A stretch of DNA of 63,912 bases, the filler included, from an uncultured bacterium (GTDB lineage: Bacteria > DAOPZR01): assembly GCA_964637655.1 (NCBI GenBank). It is 7 parts of 7 records of this genome, joined end to end, with 100 filler letters (N's around TTAATTAATTAA, not from the genome) between each part and the next. Parts side by side here need not be neighbours in the genome. Positions count along the whole stretch, not along the records: positions 9,250 to 18,371 come from CAZWUZ010000157.1; positions 18,472 to 27,586 come from CAZWUZ010000158.1; 5 more parts are not named here. The stretch is one strand, 5' to 3'. Of this stretch, positions 13,958-22,640 are shown piece by piece. The notes under the pieces are model-generated. The model was not told where the DNA came from. It made no database searches and saw only the letters and a program-made list of their open reading frames with translations. The position numbers and the translations under genes are program-made. The stretch's first letter is position 1, and each line of letters begins with the position of its first letter.

Positions 13958-15165
13958 ACCAGCACGCCCGCCGGCGCCTGCCGCGCGCCTACCGCCGTCT
14001 CGCCCTGCTGCTCACGGCGCTGTCATCGTTGGGCCCCTTTGCCATCGACACCTACCTGCCGTCGTTCCCCGCCATCGCGCGCGATTTTTCCGTGACAAAC
14101 ATGGCGGTGCAGCAGACGCTGACCGCCTACCTCGTCCCGTTCGCGCTGATGTCGCTCTGGCACGGGGCGCTGTCGGACGCGCTCGGGCGGCGGCGGGTCA
14201 TCATCGGCGGGCTCGTGCTCTTTGCGCTCGCTTCGCTCGGCTGCGCGCTGGCGCCTACGCTCGGCGTGCTGCTGGTGTGCCGCGCGGTGCAGGGACTGAC
14301 CGCGGGGGCGAGCATGGTGGTGGCGCGCGCGGTGGTGCGCGACGTGCTCGACGGGGCGGCGGCGCAGAAGATGCTCTCGCTGATCGCGCTGACCTTCGCG
14401 CTGGCGCCCGCCATCGCACCCGTCGTCGGCGGCTGGCTCGAGGTCTGGTTCGGCTGGCACGCGGTTTTTCTCTTTCTCGCGCTGCTGACGCTCGCCTTCG
14501 CGGCCTGGGCGCAGCTCGGACTGCCCGAAACGCTTCCCGTCGCGCAGCGGCGCCCGTTCACTCCGCGGCATCTGTGGCAGGGGTACCGGCAGGTGTTCGC
14601 CTCGCTCCCCTTCGTGCTGCTGGCACTGGCCACAACGTGCAATTTCGGCGGGATGTTCATCTACATCCTCGGCGCGCCCCGCTTCCTGATGGAACACCTC
14701 GGCCTCGGGGAGACGCAGTTCGGCTGGCTCTATATCCCCAACATGCTGGCGATGATGGCGGGCTCGTGGCTGTCGGCGCGTCTCGCGGGGAAGCGCACGC
14801 GCTGGCAGGCGATACGCCTGGCGGCCGCCATTATGCTGGCGGCCGCGCTGCTCAACCTGCTGGTTAACCTGCTGCTGGCCCCGCATCCCGCGTGGTGCCT
14901 CCCCCCCATCATGCTCTTCGTGCTCGGCGTGGCGCTGGCCATGCCGTCGCTGACGCTGCTCGGGCTCGACCTCTTCCCGCAGCGGCGCGGGCTGGCGGCA
15001 TCATGCCAGGCCTTCGTGCAGTCGGCGGGCGGGGCGGTTTTTGCCGCGGCGGTGGTGCCGCTGGTCTGGCACACGCCGCTGACGTTCGCGCTGGGGATGG
15101 CGGTACTGCTGCTGCTGAGTTGTGTGTGCACGATCGTTGCGCACCGCCGCCTGCGTCCCGCCTGA
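13954..15165 (+). CDS. Bcr/CflA multidrug MFS transporter
   Basis: GPFAIDTYLPSFP, GALSDALGRRRV, APAIAPVVGG, LPETL; about 12 TM segments. Confidence 0.93.
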   Translation: MNQHARRRLPRAYRRLALLLTALSSLGPFAIDTYLPSFPAIARDFSVTNMAVQQTLTAYLVPFALMSLWHGALSDALGRRRVIIGGLVLFALASLGCALAPTLGVLLVCRAVQGLTAGASMVVARAVVRDVLDGAAAQKMLSLIALTFALAPAIAPVVGGWLEVWFGWHAVFLFLALLTLAFAAWAQLGLPETLPVAQRRPFTPRHLWQGYRQVFASLPFVLLALATTCNFGGMFIYILGAPRFLMEHLGLGETQFGWLYIPNMLAMMAGSWLSARLAGKRTRWQAIRLAAAIMLAAALLNLLVNLLLAPHPAWCLPPIMLFVLGVALAMPSLTLLGLDLFPQRRGLAASCQAFVQSAGGAVFAAAVVPLVWHTPLTFALGMAVLLLLSCVCTIVAHRRLRPA

Positions 15166-15220
15166 ACCACGCTGCATCACGCTCGGCAGGCGGGCGCCGA
15201 CCCGGTCACAACCTTACGGC

Positions 15221-15362
15221 TTTTACCACAGAGCACGCAGAGCACACAGAGCGTCTGCGGTCTGTCTGGTGTGTTCTGTTGCTTATGGGCCTGTTGCCCG
15301 AAGGGCCGGCGTAGCGGAGCCCCTGGTCTTTCTCTGCGTGCTCTGTGTGCTCTGCGGTGAAC
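15221..15362 (+). repeat. About 140-bp palindromic interspersed element (CACAGAG family)
   Basis: Ends ACCACAGAGCACGCAGAGCACACAGAG and CTCTGCGTGCTCTGTGTGCTCTGCGGT are inverted; similar copies at 59327-59475 and 59511-59643. Confidence 0.85.
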
Positions 15363-15403
15363 GGTGTGATGCCGTGTTCCGTGTACCCCGTGGTGAACGG
15401 ACG

Positions 15404-16516
15404 TTAGAGCAGTTTGTGCTGTGCCAGCAGGGCGGCGGCCTCGGCGAAATGGTCGACCGCCTCGGCGCCCGCGCTCCACGCGATGAGTTCGCGCATGGCG
15501 TCGTCGAAATCGCGCAGTTCCGTGAGCCCGAGGTGCGCCGCCGCGCGCGTGCGCTCGGCGAAGCAGTGGCGGGTGTCACCCTTGCGGAAGGTGCCGGTCA
15601 CCTGCGGTTCAATGTCTTTGCCCATGAGGCGGGCAAGCGTGCGCGCGATGTCGGCGATGCCGCGCGGCGTCCCGCTGCCGATATTGACGGAGAGTCCGTC
15701 GGCGCCCGGCGTCGTCGCGGCGGCGATGATGCCGCGCACCACGTCGCTGACACTGACGAAATCGCGGGACTGCTTCCCGTCCTCGTAGACCACCGGCGGC
15801 TGGTTGTTTTTCAGGCGGCTGATGAAGATGGCGGCCACCCCGTTGTAGGGGTTGCTCAGCGACTGGCGCGGCCCGAAGACGTTGAAGAAACGCAAGGCGA
15901 CGGCGGGGATGCCGTAGGTGCGCCCGACGCAGAGTACCAGTTCCTCCTGCCACTTCTTGTTGAGCGCGTAGACCGAGCGCGCGTCCTGCGTGCCCGTTTC
16001 GGGCATCGGCAGCGGGGAAAGTTCCCCGCGGCAGTGCGGGCAGCGCGGCTCCCAGACGCCCGCGCGCAGGTCCTCCTCGCGGCGGTCGCCCGGGCGCACC
16101 GGCCCGCAGGCCCCGCAGCGGTACAGCCCCTCGCCGTAGCTGCTCATCGACGCGGCGACCACCAGCTTGCTGACGGGGAGTTTATGGTTGACCATCAGGT
16201 CGAGCAGCACCGCGGTGCCGGTGGCATTGACGTCGGTGTAGTGCTGCACCTGGTACTGCGACTGCCCGACCCCGACGGCGCCGGCCAGGTGGATGAGCGT
16301 GTCGATCCCCTGCAGCGCCCGCGCCATGGCGTCACGGTCGCGCACGTCGGCGCGGATGAACTCGGCGCCGGCATGGAGGTATGCGGGGGGGCTGCCGCCC
16401 GGGTGGATCTGTTCGAGCAGTGAATCGACGATGCGCACGCGGTCGCCGCGCGCGACCAGTGCATCCACGAGGTGCGACCCGATGAACCCGGCGCCGCCGG
16501 TGACCAGCACATGCAT
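15404..16516 (-). CDS. NAD-dependent epimerase/dehydratase (extended SDR) with CxxC..CxxC insertion
   Basis: VTGGAGFIGSH, YALNK, LRFFNVFGP, SRDFV; CGAC...CPHC insert. Confidence 0.9.
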   Translation of the reverse strand: MHVLVTGGAGFIGSHLVDALVARGDRVRIVDSLLEQIHPGGSPPAYLHAGAEFIRADVRDRDAMARALQGIDTLIHLAGAVGVGQSQYQVQHYTDVNATGTAVLLDLMVNHKLPVSKLVVAASMSSYGEGLYRCGACGPVRPGDRREEDLRAGVWEPRCPHCRGELSPLPMPETGTQDARSVYALNKKWQEELVLCVGRTYGIPAVALRFFNVFGPRQSLSNPYNGVAAIFISRLKNNQPPVVYEDGKQSRDFVSVSDVVRGIIAAATTPGADGLSVNIGSGTPRGIADIARTLARLMGKDIEPQVTGTFRKGDTRHCFAERTRAAAHLGLTELRDFDDAMRELIAWSAGAEAVDHFAEAAALLAQHKLL

Positions 16517-16594
16517 GACGATTGACCCTTTCCCTGCCGCGTGCTACCATCAAGTATATCCTGCCGCCGCGCGCGGCGCAAGGGAGCAGCCACG

Positions 16595-16924
16595 ATGGCG
16601 GACCCGCGTGTACTGACCGATGCCGATTTTGCCGCGACCGTGCACGACACCTCCGGCTGGTGGCTGGTGCTCTGTACCGGGAGCGGGGCGCCGGCGCAGG
16701 CGATGGCGGAACAGTTCGCCGCGGCGGCAGCGGCACTGGCAGGCACGGTGCAAACGGCACTGTGCAACGCGGAGACCAGCCCGCAGACCCGCGCGCGCTT
16801 TTCGTTGCAGGGGGTGCCGACGCTCATCCTCTACCGCCACGGCAAGCCGGTGTTCACCCTGCTCGGCTGGCATGCAGCGGCTGAAGTGGCGGAAAAAGTG
16901 CGGGCCGCGACTGCTACCGGTTGA
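16595..16924 (+). CDS. Thioredoxin-fold protein lacking CXXC
   Basis: LTDADF..TV, QGVPTLILYRHGKP; active-site region reads LCTGSGAPAQAM. Confidence 0.7.
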   Translation: MADPRVLTDADFAATVHDTSGWWLVLCTGSGAPAQAMAEQFAAAAAALAGTVQTALCNAETSPQTRARFSLQGVPTLILYRHGKPVFTLLGWHAAAEVAEKVRAATATG

Positions 16925-16949
16925 CAAGCCCCGCGCATATAAATATACT
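16921..16949 (+). promoter_or_regulatory. Sigma70-type promoter of gatC-gatA
   Basis: TTGACA-17 bp-TATACT. Confidence 0.8.
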
Positions 16950-17035
16950 CGCGCAAGCATCGCACAACACAGACGTGTTGTTCCGCGCGGCCGGGTGAGG
17001 GGCGGCCGGCGGCATCCTGCGGAGTGTGCAACAGT

Positions 17036-17332
17036 ATGGCTGAGATCACCCCCGAGACGGTGGCGAANNNNNNNNNNGCCCGGCTCTCCCGCCTGCATAT
17101 CACGGCGGCGGAAGCGGAACGCTACCGTACCACGCTGCAGGACATCCTCGGTTATATCGGTAAACTGGGCGAACTCGACACGGCTTCGGTGGAGCCGCTC
17201 GGGCATATCCTGCCGCTGACCAATGTTGACCGCGAGGATGTGGTGCAGCCCTCGTTGCCGGTTGACACCGCGCTGGCGGGCGCCCCCGACCGCAGCGGCG
17301 ACTATTACCGCGTCCCGCAGATCATCGAATGA
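17036..17332 (+). CDS. gatC: Asp/Glu-tRNA amidotransferase subunit C (contains a 10-N gap)
   Basis: ARLSRL..ILGYIGKLGELDT..VEP..REDV..YYRVPQIIE; upstream of gatA. Confidence 0.92.
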   Translation: MAEITPETVAXXXXARLSRLHITAAEAERYRTTLQDILGYIGKLGELDTASVEPLGHILPLTNVDREDVVQPSLPVDTALAGAPDRSGDYYRVPQIIE

Positions 17333-18342
17333 GCATGCCCCTGACCGCGCACGCGCTGCTGGCGCAGTACCGCGCGGGGCAGGCGACCCCGGCGCAGACG
17401 GTGGAGACCGCGCTGGCGGACATCGCCGCGCGTGACGGGGAGATCAACGCCTTTCTCGAGGTGCTGGGCGACCGCGCGCGGGCGCAGGCGGCGAAACTGG
17501 CCGGGCAGGACCCGGCGTCGCTGCCGCTCTACGGCGTCCCGGTGGCGGTCAAGGACAACCTCTGCCTGGCGGGGGTGCGCACCACCTGCGGCTCGAAGAT
17601 GCTGCACAATTTCGTCCCGCCCTATACCGCCACGGTGCTGGAGCGCATCGAAGCGGCGGGGGGCATCCTTATCGGCAAGTGCAACATGGACGAGTTCGCC
17701 ATGGGCTCGTCGACGGAAAACTCCGCGTTCAAGGTGACGCGCAACCCGCGTGACACGTCGCGCGCGCCGGGCGGCTCGTCGGGCGGCAGCGCGGCGGCGG
17801 TGGCGGCGGGCTTCGCCCCGCTGGCGCTCGGCTCGGACACGGGCGGCTCCATCCGCCAGCCGGCGGCGTTCTGCGGCACGGTGGGGATGAAGCCGACCTA
17901 CGGGCGCGTCTCGCGCTACGGGCTGGTCGCCTTCGCCTCGTCGCTCGACCAGATCGGCCCGTTCGCGGCGGACGTGCGCGACGCGGCCCTGCTGCTGCAG
18001 GTGATGGCGGGGCACGACCCGCACGACAGCACCGCGACGACGCACCCGGTGGCGGACTACGTCGCCGCCTGCGGCCGCGGCGTGACGGGGCTGCGGGTCG
18101 GCGTGCCGCGCGAGTACTTCATCGACGGTATGCAGCCCGAGGTGGCATCAGCCGTGCGCGCGGGCATCGCCGCGCTGCAGCAGGCGGGGGCGACGGTGGT
18201 CGGCATCGGGGTCTGCGTGGAAAAGAGCTTTCAGCCCGGGCACCGCAAGCTGGCCGACGAGGGCTACAAGGTGGTGGCCCTGGCCCGGGTGACGGGCATT
18301 CAGGACGGCAATCTGGTCGTTGAGGACGGAACGGAAGGGTGA
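17329..18342 (+). CDS. gatA: GatA N-terminal ~290 aa joined in frame to a xanthine phosphoribosyltransferase-like C-terminus (chimera)
   Basis: Amidase signature GKCNMDEFAMGSS, PGGSSGGS, GSDTGGSIRQPA; tail GIGVCVEKSFQPG..V.ALARV is Xpt-like. Confidence 0.85.
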   Translation: MSMPLTAHALLAQYRAGQATPAQTVETALADIAARDGEINAFLEVLGDRARAQAAKLAGQDPASLPLYGVPVAVKDNLCLAGVRTTCGSKMLHNFVPPYTATVLERIEAAGGILIGKCNMDEFAMGSSTENSAFKVTRNPRDTSRAPGGSSGGSAAAVAAGFAPLALGSDTGGSIRQPAAFCGTVGMKPTYGRVSRYGLVAFASSLDQIGPFAADVRDAALLLQVMAGHDPHDSTATTHPVADYVAACGRGVTGLRVGVPREYFIDGMQPEVASAVRAGIAALQQAGATVVGIGVCVEKSFQPGHRKLADEGYKVVALARVTGIQDGNLVVEDGTEG

Positions 18343-18365
18343 CGGAAATGCTTGCATTTCCGTCA
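18340..18365. terminator. Strong hairpin at the end of the chimeric ORF
   Basis: TGACGGAAATGC-TT-GCATTTCCGTCA; no clear U-tract. Confidence 0.45.
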
Positions 18366-18371
18366 GGTACT

Positions 18372-18471
18372 NNNNNNNNNNNNNNNNNNNNNNNNNNNNN
18401 NNNNNNNNNNNNNNNTTAATTAATTAANNNNNNNNNNNNNNNNNNNNNNNNNNNNNNNNNNNNNNNNNNNN
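18372..18471. other. Artificial contig linker
   Basis: N/TTAATTAATTAA/N. Confidence 0.98.
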
Positions 18472-19044
18472 CAGGTGGTCGTGGGACTGCTCTGGCAGCG
18501 CCTCTGGCAGCTATGTGCCGCTTTTGCCGCGACCCTCCCGCTGTTGCTGCCGAACTTTTATATGCTCATGCTCTTCACCCCGCTGGTCCCGGGACATGCA
18601 GCTCCCGGCGCGGTTGCCGCTTCGTGGCTGCTGCTGCTCCCTGCGCTGCTGCTGCGCGGTCTCACGCTGCTCTGCGTCTGCGGGGCCGGGGTATGCGCCG
18701 GGCTCGGCGCGTCGGTAATGACCCGCTCGACGCAATCGGCGATGGCGGTCGGGCTCGGCCTTTTCTTTGTGACGGCGGTCGCCCGCTGGTTCGTGAGTAT
18801 GGTGATAATGTTCGGCGGCATGGCGGTGATGGCCGGCGGCGGCATGCTGCTGGCCCGTCTGCAGGGCGTTGCCGATACTGCCCTCGCTCCGCAGGTGCAG
18901 CAGCAACTCATGCAGGCGCTGCAGCCCGTGCTGCCGCTGGCCTTCCTGCTCCCTGAATGCATGGCGGCGGTGTCGGTGTTCCTGCTGGCGGCGGGGGGCT
19001 GGTATCTTGTCAATCGCGACCTCGAACAGCACCTGCTGAATTGA
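18472..19044 (+). CDS. Multi-TM membrane protein, C-terminal part (possibly ABC permease)
   Basis: Four to five hydrophobic segments; frame is open from the contig start. Confidence 0.55.
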   Translation, partial: QVVVGLLWQRLWQLCAAFAATLPLLLPNFYMLMLFTPLVPGHAAPGAVAASWLLLLPALLLRGLTLLCVCGAGVCAGLGASVMTRSTQSAMAVGLGLFFVTAVARWFVSMVIMFGGMAVMAGGGMLLARLQGVADTALAPQVQQQLMQALQPVLPLAFLLPECMAAVSVFLLAAGGWYLVNRDLEQHLLN

Positions 19045-19048
19045 CTTT

Positions 19049-20536
19049 TTACCTGACCAGCGCTTCGCTCTCCGCCAGCAGCTGCTCCAGTTCGCGGCTC
19101 TCACCCATGCCGACACGGATGAGGTGGGCGGCGATGCTCAGGTTGCCGCGCGCGCGGCAGAGAGCCACGGGGCGCTGCAGCGTGCCGGCGTCCATGCCGG
19201 CGGCCAGCGCATAATCGTTGAGGAACGCGGCAAAATCCCATGCGGCGAGCGCACCCGGCTGCTCGCGGAACTGAAAACAGAACTGCGCCGCGAAATAACC
19301 GAGATCGAATGCCGGGTGATGCAGCAGCGTGCTGCCGAAATCGATGACCGAGATAAAGCGCGTATGCGGGTCAGGCGCTAAGTCCTGCCCGAAAATGATG
19401 TTCTTGGGATGGAAGTCGCCGTGGCAGCGGGCCAGCGGGCCGGCCAGCAGGACATCAAGTTCGCGCGCCAGCGTCGTGAGCAGCGCTGCCGCGCGCGCGG
19501 TATGCGGGTTATGCGTATTGGTGAAGGCGCGCAGGTAGGAGGCGAACTTACGCTGCTCACGCTCACGCGTGCCGGCGTTGCCGCCCTGTGCGGGAATGGC
19601 ATGCAGTTTCGCCAGCCAGCGCGCGCAGAGGCGGCGGTACTTCATCGCCACCGCGCCGGAGACCTGCGGCAGCAGCGTATGGAGTGTTTTGCCCCGCTGC
19701 CCCGTCTCGACCATGTAGCGCTCGGTGACGTTGCGCGCCAGTTGCACCGGGATGCGCAATTCGCCGCGGTCGAACCCGTGCGCGGCAATGAACTCGGTGA
19801 CCGCCGCGGTTACCTGCGCGCGCTCCCAGGCACGCTCGTCGCTGAACTCGCGGATGATGAGCCGCGGACGCGCCTCATCGTCACCCTTGGGCCCGATAAC
19901 CAGTTCGGTGACGGTCAGATTGCTGCCGGCGCGTGGAATCTCCTTGTGCAGCGGGCGGCAGTGCCCGGCGCGGATTTCCGCGGCCAATTCCAGCGTGGTG
20001 GCGACGGGATGGTCAAACAACGTGGGGAAGGTCCCCACCTGACCGGGGAGATGGGCATCGCTCCCCGCAGTGGCGGTGCGCCTGACCTTGTGCCACGCGC
20101 GCAGCGCGGCGTAGTTTTCCAGCGGCTGATGGTTGCGATTGAAGATCTCGATGGCGTCGAGCGCCGGATGCAGCAGTTTCTCCGGTGCCGGCAGCCGCCC
20201 GCCGCGGAACGGATGCGCCCAGATGAGCGCGGCCGCGGGAAACAGCTGGCGCAGTTCCGCGACCCGCCAATGCCCGTCGAGTGAGCGGTCAGCGCCGATG
20301 ACCAGCACATGCCCGAGGTCGGTTTCCGCCTCCTGCCCGCTGAGCAGCACGAAATGACCGGGAATGCCCGCCTGCTCGCGCAGGGCGCGAAGTTCGTCGT
20401 CAGACCACTGATAGCAGTGCTCGGTAATGAGCAGGCCCTGCAGGCCGCGCTCGACCGCCTCGCGCACCGCGATGACGGCGTCGAGGTCGCTGCAGCCCGA
20501 GTGACGGCTGGTGTGGCAGTGCAGTTCGCACAGCAT
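19049..20536 (-). CDS. PHP metallophosphoesterase fused to an APH/choline-kinase-like phosphotransferase
   Basis: ELHCHT, ITEH, WAHPFR, IEIFN, GSDAH (PHP); WLAKLH, CHGDFHPKNI, VIDFG, FDLGYF (kinase). Confidence 0.88.
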   Translation of the reverse strand: MLCELHCHTSRHSGCSDLDAVIAVREAVERGLQGLLITEHCYQWSDDELRALREQAGIPGHFVLLSGQEAETDLGHVLVIGADRSLDGHWRVAELRQLFPAAALIWAHPFRGGRLPAPEKLLHPALDAIEIFNRNHQPLENYAALRAWHKVRRTATAGSDAHLPGQVGTFPTLFDHPVATTLELAAEIRAGHCRPLHKEIPRAGSNLTVTELVIGPKGDDEARPRLIIREFSDERAWERAQVTAAVTEFIAAHGFDRGELRIPVQLARNVTERYMVETGQRGKTLHTLLPQVSGAVAMKYRRLCARWLAKLHAIPAQGGNAGTREREQRKFASYLRAFTNTHNPHTARAAALLTTLARELDVLLAGPLARCHGDFHPKNIIFGQDLAPDPHTRFISVIDFGSTLLHHPAFDLGYFAAQFCFQFREQPGALAAWDFAAFLNDYALAAGMDAGTLQRPVALCRARGNLSIAAHLIRVGMGESRELEQLLAESEALVR

Positions 20537-20736
20537 CAGCGCTGCTCCGGCCCGAGCGGCTTTTCCCCACTGCGCTGACGCGACAGGCAGGCATGGCAGC
20601 GGTCGTCGCTGCACCACTGGCAGAAGAAGCAGTCGCGGCACGGATGCTTCCTGTGTGTCGACGCGGGCGGCACGAAGCATTTGCCCGGCAGCCCGCCGGC
20701 ACACGGCTCAAAACGGGGTTCGTCCTTGTCGCACAT
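20536..20736 (-). CDS. Small Cys-rich protein (66 aa)
   Basis: KHPCRDCFFCQWCSDDRCHAC; stop overlaps the PHP ATG; TGGACG-17-TACAAT promoter 6 nt upstream. Confidence 0.7.
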   Translation of the reverse strand: MCDKDEPRFEPCAGGLPGKCFVPPASTHRKHPCRDCFFCQWCSDDRCHACLSRQRSGEKPLGPEQR

Positions 20737-20821
20737 GCGTGCATTGTAGGTTATCCGCCTGCTGCCGTCCACCCAGTAAAGAGGCAGGATACTCGTTGTG
20801 TATCCCGGGAACGGACATGCG

Positions 20822-20850
20822 TTGACGGCGATTGGAAGGGGTGATAGTAT
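20822..20850 (+). promoter_or_regulatory. Sigma70-type promoter
   Basis: TTGACG-17 bp-TAGTAT. Confidence 0.6.
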
Positions 20851-20899
20851 GCAGGCAGTGAATTGTTGGAGGAATACGATTGATTTGCTTAGGGGCACA

Positions 20900-22318
20900 A
20901 TGAAAGAGAAAGCCGTTGCCGCGCGAAGACTCGCCGTCCTCATTCGCCAGGGTGAAGGTGCCACCCTTGAGTTCAAGCGTTCAACCGGTGAGCTCCGTGA
21001 AGCCATGGAGACCTTATGCGGGATGTTGAACGCAACCGGCCATGGTCGGGTACTTTTCGGGATTGCTGATACAGGCAGGATTCTCGGGCAAACGGCTGCA
21101 GCAGGAACGCTACGTGACATTGCGCACGCCTGCGGACGAATCGAACCTGCTGCCCGCTTCAAGACCACGGTTGTTGCGGCAGGTAACAGTCAGTCAGTGA
21201 TCATCCTGGAAGCCGTCGCCCGTGAACCCGCGCTCTTTACACATGAAGGGCGCGGTTTTCTCCGGATAGAAAACACCACGCAGAGGATGTCCCGCTCCGA
21301 ATATGACCGCCACGTCACCCGCCGCCACGAGCACACAGTGCCCTGGGATCGGGGCATTGCCATCGACTGGAAAATGCGCCATTTGGACCGGGGTGAAATT
21401 CAGCGAACCGTCGAGGAGGCGGTCGAGGCCAAACGGCTGACAGGTATTCTGGGCGAGAAAAATGAAGTTGTTCTCCGCCGTCTCAAACTTGTCTCGGACC
21501 GGGGAATCACCCGCGCGGCGGCCATTCTGTTCGGCAAAGAGGACGGTCCAGGCTTTCCCATGGGCGAGATCCGACTGGCGCGTTTTCGCGGGGTCACCAA
21601 AGATGAATTCAGGGACAACCGGCAGTTTACCGGATCCGCCTTCATGCTGCTCCGGCACGCAGAACGCTTTCTTGATGAGCACGTTCCGGTAGCCAGTCGA
21701 TTTGTGGAAGGCCGCCTGCGGCGCGTTGATACGGCGCGCTATCCGCCCCTTGCGGTTCGTGAGGCACTCGTCAACGCGCTGGTGCACCGGGACTACGCGA
21801 TGGATGGGGGCGCGGTGAGTATCGCCCTGTTCGATGACCGGCTGGAAATCTGGAGCACCGGAGTGCTTCCGCAAGGGCTGACGCCGAAGAAACTGATGGG
21901 CACCCATGAATCCATTCCGCGCAACCGGCTTATCGCGGACGTATTCCACCGCAGAGGGTTGATCGAACGGTGGGGGCGTGGCACCAACAAAATGCTGACC
22001 GAGGCGGCAAAACACGGTTGTCCGAAACCTGAATTTGCAGAGATCACCGGCGCTTTTGTTGTGCGGTTCAGACCAGCACCTGTTGCAGCTGAAATTATGG
22101 CGTCTATTGACCCGGGTCCGCGTGGAGAACAGATTCTCGCAGTACTACGACGGGCAGAATCGCTGAGTACGACGGCAATTCAAAGAAATCTTGCCATTCC
22201 TATGCCCGCAAGAACACTGCAAAGAGAAATCCGTCGCCTGCTGCACATGGGGGCAATCGCTGCAAGTGGTAAGGCGCGGGCCACCAGGTACCGGGTAGTG
22301 CCGAAAGACAAAACATGA
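20900..22318 (+). CDS. Schlafen/AlbA_2 domain + HATPase_c_4-like domain + C-terminal HTH
   Basis: GEGATLEFKRS..CGMLN..GRVLFGI; YPPLAVREALVNALVHRDY, DDRLEI, PRNRLIA, IERWGRG; HTH with GKARATRY. Confidence 0.88.
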   Translation: MKEKAVAARRLAVLIRQGEGATLEFKRSTGELREAMETLCGMLNATGHGRVLFGIADTGRILGQTAAAGTLRDIAHACGRIEPAARFKTTVVAAGNSQSVIILEAVAREPALFTHEGRGFLRIENTTQRMSRSEYDRHVTRRHEHTVPWDRGIAIDWKMRHLDRGEIQRTVEEAVEAKRLTGILGEKNEVVLRRLKLVSDRGITRAAAILFGKEDGPGFPMGEIRLARFRGVTKDEFRDNRQFTGSAFMLLRHAERFLDEHVPVASRFVEGRLRRVDTARYPPLAVREALVNALVHRDYAMDGGAVSIALFDDRLEIWSTGVLPQGLTPKKLMGTHESIPRNRLIADVFHRRGLIERWGRGTNKMLTEAAKHGCPKPEFAEITGAFVVRFRPAPVAAEIMASIDPGPRGEQILAVLRRAESLSTTAIQRNLAIPMPARTLQREIRRLLHMGAIAASGKARATRYRVVPKDKT

Positions 22319-22327
22319 ACCGGAATA

Positions 22328-22367
22328 ATCGCGCCACATCGCGCCACATCGCGCCACATCGCGCCAC
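22328..22367 (+). repeat. 10-bp tandem repeat ATCGCGCCAC x4
   Basis: Read directly from the sequence. Confidence 0.92.
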
Positions 22368-22454
22368 CGGTTGGGCGCGACTGCAGGCGTTCTTGCCCGA
22401 TAAACGGACTGATTGTGGAGCAGCATATCAGCAACAACATTACCGGAGCGTATC

Positions 22455-22640
22455 ATGACCAGCAACAAGTATGAAGCACCGCGGCTGCTGCCGCTTACGG
22501 ACAATCAGCTGCCGGGGATGAGCCCGCTGCCGCGCGAGTGCATCGGCGGCACCAGCGCGCCCGCGGTTTGCGGCACCGGCATCAAGCCGAAGGACCTCGC
22601 CAGTCGCCACCCGGGACGGAAACGGCGGAGCCGCGCATGA
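22455..22640 (+). CDS. Candidate RiPP precursor peptide (61 aa)
   Basis: GGAG SD; YEAPRL leader motif; CIGG..CGTG; ATGA overlap with the GNAT; upstream of an NHLP-type exporter. Confidence 0.62.
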   Translation: MTSNKYEAPRLLPLTDNQLPGMSPLPRECIGGTSAPAVCGTGIKPKDLASRHPGRKRRSRA

